A stretch of DNA of 47,508 nt. Source: Clostridiales bacterium UBA1742. Its GTDB lineage: Bacteria > Bacillota > Clostridia > TANB77 > CAG-508. The notes under the pieces were generated by a model. The model saw only the letters and a list, made by a program, of their open reading frames with translations, searched no databases and was not told where the DNA came from. A program made the position numbers and the translations under genes. The DNA lies in assembly GCA_002314935.1 (NCBI GenBank), contig DCHW01000026.1:1-47508 (forward strand), written 5' to 3'. The stretch's first letter is position 1, and every line of letters begins with the position of its first letter. Positions 43,353-47,508 of this stretch are shown here, one piece after another.

Positions 43353-43745
43353 ATGAAAGAAAATACACAAGAAAAATCATTAGTTGAAGTTAATGAAAAT
43401 AGTATATTTTATAAAATCAAGAATTTCTTTAGAAACCTATTCCATAGAAAAGAAGCTGTTAACAATGTTATTGGTTTTGAAACAATTGAAAAAAACATAG
43501 AAAAGTCAGAACAAAAAAATGCTTTTATGGAATCAATTAAAAATATTGAAAATGAAGAAACAAAACTATTAAAATTACAAAAGCAATATCGTAGTGGAGA
43601 AATAAAGGAAGAAGAACTTACTGAAGCTCAAGTTAATTCTTTATGTACTTTATATGATAAACAAATTGAAAATTTAAGAAAATCAAATCAAGTTAGAAAG
43701 CAAAAACTTTTAGAATATAGAAGAAAATTTCAAGTTGATAATTAA
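43353..43745 (+). CDS. Hypothetical coiled-coil protein
   Basis: 130-aa ORF with RBS and a downstream hairpin terminator at about 43751-43784. Confidence 0.7.
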   Translation: MKENTQEKSLVEVNENSIFYKIKNFFRNLFHRKEAVNNVIGFETIEKNIEKSEQKNAFMESIKNIENEETKLLKLQKQYRSGEIKEEELTEAQVNSLCTLYDKQIENLRKSNQVRKQKLLEYRRKFQVDN

Positions 43746-43804
43746 GATTAAATGGAGTGATAGCATATACTAACACTCCATTTTTGTATTTAATTATAAA
43801 TAAT

Positions 43805-45094
43805 TTATCTTACTCTTGATTTATCTTTCTTTTTATTCTTAACAAATTCTTTTGATTTTTCAAGTTCAAGTTGATTTCGAAGCAAAATAGTCCTATTTTC
43901 AATTTCATAGCAGTTAATGATATCTTTATTAGCTTTTTTTATTAAAGCCTTTAAATTATCAATTTCGTGCGTATGTTTTTCTTTGATTTCTGGATTTGTT
44001 TCTTTTTTTCTTTTTCTCCATAGATTTTCTCTTTTGCCTTTTAAAATTCTTAAGTTTTCTTCTAAATTATATCTATAAGATTTAAGTTCTTCTAAATTGT
44101 TAATTTTATTTTCAGCAAGTAAAATAGTTTGCTGACTTAAACTATCTAAATATTTTAAAGAGATTTTCATTTCTTTTGTAATTGGTATTTTATAATCTTT
44201 AAATTCTATTTTTTGAGGAAGTGGGTCAATTTTTAATAATAGGCATATTAGAATATATAAAGCAGGAAGTTCTCTTAATTGTTGTGCTCTTTGTTTGTGC
44301 TTGAATTTATTATATTCTTCAATACTCATTTTATATTTTTTCTTTGGAATATAGATTTTATTATAAGTTTTGTTTTCAATTCTATATTTTATCCTTTCTT
44401 TAGTATAGTTATTTCCAAATAATTCTCGAGGTCTTACTATTTTGTAACTATTATCTCTTGTAATAATAAGCCCTGTATTTTCATTTTCTGAAACATAATA
44501 ACCTTTTTCTTCTAAGTTATATACAAAATCTTTATATGAATATGAAATTGCTATAGCATCATCTATATCTTTTTTTACTAACTGCATATATGGATTGTTT
44601 TTAACATATAACTTATAATATCCTTTATTTTTCCACAAAGTTTTTATAATACTTAATTTATTTTCTCTACATATAAAATCAGAGGTTATTCTTATAAAAT
44701 CTTTTGTTTCTCTATTACTATAAAATTTATTTCCACTTTTAAAAGAAACAGAATTTATAACTATATGATTGTGTACATTATCTGTATTTAAATGTGTTGC
44801 AACAACAAATTGAAAATCATCTCCAAATAATTCTTTAGCATATTGTACTCCTAACTCATGGCATTTTTTTGGAGATACTTCTTTTCCATCAAAAGATTGT
44901 ATTAGATGATAAGATATTATGCCATCTTCTTTATCAAATCTTTTCTTTGTATCTTGCATTTCAGAAATTGCAGTGTCTGGTCTGCAATTTACACCAGACA
45001 CATACATCATTTTTTCAGTTTTTTCTCCATTCATAATATATTTAATTATTGTATCTAATCTTGTTTTTCTACTCAAAAATTTTGTGACTGCCAT
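43805..45094 (-). CDS. MOBP-type relaxase
   Basis: YIMNGEKT (catalytic Tyr), YHLIQSF and ATHLNTDNVHNHIVINSV. Confidence 0.92.
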   Translation of the reverse strand: MAVTKFLSRKTRLDTIIKYIMNGEKTEKMMYVSGVNCRPDTAISEMQDTKKRFDKEDGIISYHLIQSFDGKEVSPKKCHELGVQYAKELFGDDFQFVVATHLNTDNVHNHIVINSVSFKSGNKFYSNRETKDFIRITSDFICRENKLSIIKTLWKNKGYYKLYVKNNPYMQLVKKDIDDAIAISYSYKDFVYNLEEKGYYVSENENTGLIITRDNSYKIVRPRELFGNNYTKERIKYRIENKTYNKIYIPKKKYKMSIEEYNKFKHKQRAQQLRELPALYILICLLLKIDPLPQKIEFKDYKIPITKEMKISLKYLDSLSQQTILLAENKINNLEELKSYRYNLEENLRILKGKRENLWRKRKKETNPEIKEKHTHEIDNLKALIKKANKDIINCYEIENRTILLRNQLELEKSKEFVKNKKKDKSRVR

Positions 45095-45261
45095 AAAAAA
45101 CCTCCATTCGAGCAAAATTTGCTAACACACATATTATATAAAACCTTAACCATGCAAGAATGGAAAAGGTTTTTTATTTGCCGATTTGAGTTTGCGAATG
45201 TAATGAGCAAATCTCAAAGGCAATATCGATTATAGCTTTAGTTTGAAAATTTATTTTCAAA

Positions 45262-45600
45262 CTAAACTCCACCTTCTTTCTTAGTTGGTGTAAGATAGAA
45301 TTTTTGTAAATCATCAATAATATCATTAACTTTATTAGCAAGTGGATAATATTTATTATCATCAACATACAGATACGTATTTGCTACTCTTGCTAGTTGA
45401 TTTATATTTATTGCAATACCTCTTAAATCATTTAATATTTTATAAAACTCTTCATCTGGTTTTTCTTTTATTTGAGTATCATTAATAACAAATCTAAAAA
45501 AAGCAGATTCTGATAAACCTGCTTTCATACATTTCTTTTTTAGTAATTCATTTTCTTTGCTATTAAGCCATACTTGTTTTTTTATTGATCTATTTCTCAT
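45262..45600 (-). CDS. mobC: MobC relaxosome accessory protein
   Basis: RHH-like N-terminus and LRGIAININQLARVAN. Confidence 0.9.
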   Translation of the reverse strand: MRNRSIKKQVWLNSKENELLKKKCMKAGLSESAFFRFVINDTQIKEKPDEEFYKILNDLRGIAININQLARVANTYLYVDDNKYYPLANKVNDIIDDLQKFYLTPTKKEGGV

Positions 45601-45661
45601 AAATTATCATCTCCTTTTCTTTAATATTATTTTGTAAAACTTTCCTAAAGTTTTGTTTAAA

Positions 45662-45754
45662 GCACAAATTTTATAATTTGTACTTTTGAATATGTGCGGT
45701 AGTACAAATTCATGGCTTGCTTTATACACAAAATCAGGTATTGTACTACCACAC
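45662..45754. other. Probable oriT
   Basis: 14 bp inverted repeat gtgcggtagtacaa / ttgtactaccacac enclosing GGCTTGC (MOBP nic-like), upstream of mobC. Confidence 0.6.
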
Positions 45755-45767
45755 TCTAGAGTTATTT

Positions 45768-46094
45768 TTACTTTAAAATCCCGATATTTTTAAAGTAAAA
45801 GTATGCTTCGTTGCCACCTAAAAAGAACAATTCTTTAGCCTCAATTTCTTTCATATCATAAAATATTTGTACTAATTTAGATAACATTTTACATTCATAA
45901 TTGTTCAAAGTTCTGCCTGCAATTTGTCCTTCTAAAACCCAATTTAAGTTTTTATTTTTACTTAATAAGTTATTATATTCTTGATATAATTTCTTATATT
46001 TTTCATTTTTATTTTTTAAATTTCCAATAATATTTTCTAAATATTCTTCAAACATATCTTCATGTTCTTCATAAAAATTTTTAATTTCACTCAT
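45768..46094 (-). CDS. Hypothetical protein of the mobilization module
   Basis: 108 aa with GAGG RBS, co-oriented with rep, tnpV and mobC. Confidence 0.7.
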   Translation of the reverse strand: MSEIKNFYEEHEDMFEEYLENIIGNLKNKNEKYKKLYQEYNNLLSKNKNLNWVLEGQIAGRTLNNYECKMLSKLVQIFYDMKEIEAKELFFLGGNEAYFYFKNIGILK

Positions 46095-46111
46095 AAGATT
46101 TACCTCACTTT

Positions 46112-46483
46112 TTAATCATAAATTAGTTCTTTTAGTACAATTTCTTCAGCTCTATTTTTAATATTATTCATTCTTTGGGCCCATTCTAGTTGGTTATTAG
46201 CCTTTAATGTTTCATCAACTTTTTCTTCTTTAGCAAATGAATTTATTAATAATGTTATTCTTGCTTTAGCTGTATCATTTATCCTAACTAGGTGTTCATG
46301 CAATTTATTATCAAGTATTAATTCTTGATATAAAACTCTATTATTTTCTTTTAAATAATTTAATCTTAATCTTCCATATTTACCAATATTTTTTCCTTTG
46401 GTTTCTATATTTTCTTCTGGAATTACTATATTAGGGAGATAGTAATCTCCAACTTTTCTATATTCAATTTTTGTTTTGCTCAT
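46112..46483 (-). CDS. tnpV: TnpV family protein
   Basis: YRKVGDYYLPN...IGKYGRLRLNYLKE...EWAQRMNNIKNRAEEIVLKELIY. Confidence 0.88.
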   Translation of the reverse strand: MSKTKIEYRKVGDYYLPNIVIPEENIETKGKNIGKYGRLRLNYLKENNRVLYQELILDNKLHEHLVRINDTAKARITLLINSFAKEEKVDETLKANNQLEWAQRMNNIKNRAEEIVLKELIYD

Positions 46484-46503
46484 TTTTTAAAATCTCCTTT
46501 CAT

Positions 46504-47055
46504 TTAATTACAATAAAAACTTTCTAATTCTTCATCTGTATATATTCTTTGCTCATAATTAGCAAAAGATTTTTTAGGGTAAAATATATTATTATAATTA
46601 TTTTTATTATATTTATTATTACTACATCGTACATTTTCCGATTCTTGAATCGTAGTTTGTCCGTTTCTTGAATCGGACATTATACGATTCATAGTTTTTT
46701 CAACGGATGTATGATTTATTTTACCAACATAAATAATATTATTCTTTTTAAAACCACTTCTAATTTCATATATAAGTTTAGCTTCTTCAAGTCTTTTAAA
46801 AGCTTTTGATACAGGTTTATCAGAAAGTTTTAATCTCTTTTGTGCTTCTTTTCTTGAGTAAATTAGATAAATGTTTCCATCTTTATCAATCCACTTATTT
46901 TTCATAGATACAGATAATCTATCTAATAATAGTCCATATAATAAAATACTATTGGAATCTAAATTATTATATATAGGGTTTAATAATAGTTCTTTTGGAA
47001 TTTGATAAAAGACATTTTCTAAAGCCTCATTTACTTTATAAGGTATAAAATCCAT
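46504..47055 (-). CDS. RepA_N-type replication initiator
   Basis: FYQIPKELL...LYGLLLDRLSVSMKNKWIDKDGNIYLIY. Confidence 0.88.
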   Translation of the reverse strand: MDFIPYKVNEALENVFYQIPKELLLNPIYNNLDSNSILLYGLLLDRLSVSMKNKWIDKDGNIYLIYSRKEAQKRLKLSDKPVSKAFKRLEEAKLIYEIRSGFKKNNIIYVGKINHTSVEKTMNRIMSDSRNGQTTIQESENVRCSNNKYNKNNYNNIFYPKKSFANYEQRIYTDEELESFYCN

Positions 47056-47334
47056 AACAATAGTTCTCCTTTTTAAAAATTTTGCGGAATATGGATTTTG
47101 GTTGATATATCAATGAAAACTAACTTTGCGGAAATTTTTTTGTTCCGTAAAATTATAAAAATTTAAGTTGCGGAATTTTTTGCGGAATAAAATATTCAAA
47201 TTTTTCAGCATTTTTTAAAATTTTTAAAAGATATAAAAAAATATGCTATCTTCTAATTTCCTTAGAAAATAGCATATTTTAATGTTTTGAATTGTAATAA
47301 ATTCTCTCGACTTTTTGCAAAAATCGCAAAAAAA

Positions 47335-47410
47335 TGGTCGGGGTGACACGAATCGAACGTGCTACCTCATGGTCCCAAACCACGCGCTCTACCAAATGAG
47401 CTACACCCCG
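47335..47410 (-). tRNA. tRNA-Pro (TGG), integration site of the element
   Basis: Reverse complement CGGGGTGTAGCTCA...cgtgg-tt TGG ga-ccatg...GTTCGATTC...CCCCGACCA. Confidence 0.95.
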
Positions 47411-47508
47411 TTTTTTAAATGCCTAATTATAATAACACATATTATTTTAAAATGCAAGGATTTTGTAAAGAATTTATAAAAAAAGTGTAGGTTAGTCAAT
47501 GATGTGTC

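Larger units (their letters stand above)
35938..47346. mobile_element. ~11.4 kb integrative mobilizable element inserted in the 3' end of tRNA-Pro
   Basis: 12 bp direct repeat TGGTCGGGGTGA at 35938-35949 and 47335-47346. Carries tyrosine integrase, Xis, relaxase, MobC and RepA_N, with no T4SS genes. Confidence 0.92.

Noticed and set aside
47082-47186. CRISPR array or iterons from the TTGCGGA repeats
   Set aside because: The repeats are 7-9 bp, irregularly spaced and also present at the other end of the element, which fits integrase arm sites better. No cas genes are present.

Overview
Very AT-rich chromosomal window from a Firmicute, probably Clostridia-like. It holds a tRNA cluster, housekeeping and cell-envelope genes, a bimodular reductase-terminated NRPS abutting a 7TM histidine kinase, a THF-riboswitch-controlled FolT-FolC/ECF operon, a small toxin-antitoxin cassette inserted into a peptidase gene end, and an ~11.4 kb integrative mobilizable element in tRNA-Pro(TGG). 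The main signal is that nine otherwise intact genes are broken at 11 sites by the same event. At each site an in-frame CGG is followed by A or T (CGGW), and skipping the C (+1) restores a Gly codon and the full-length protein, including invariant Walker A glycines. This suggests a recoding system, either four-base CGGW=Gly reading or efficient +1 frameshifting at CGG. A sequencing artefact has to be excluded with raw reads and related genomes.
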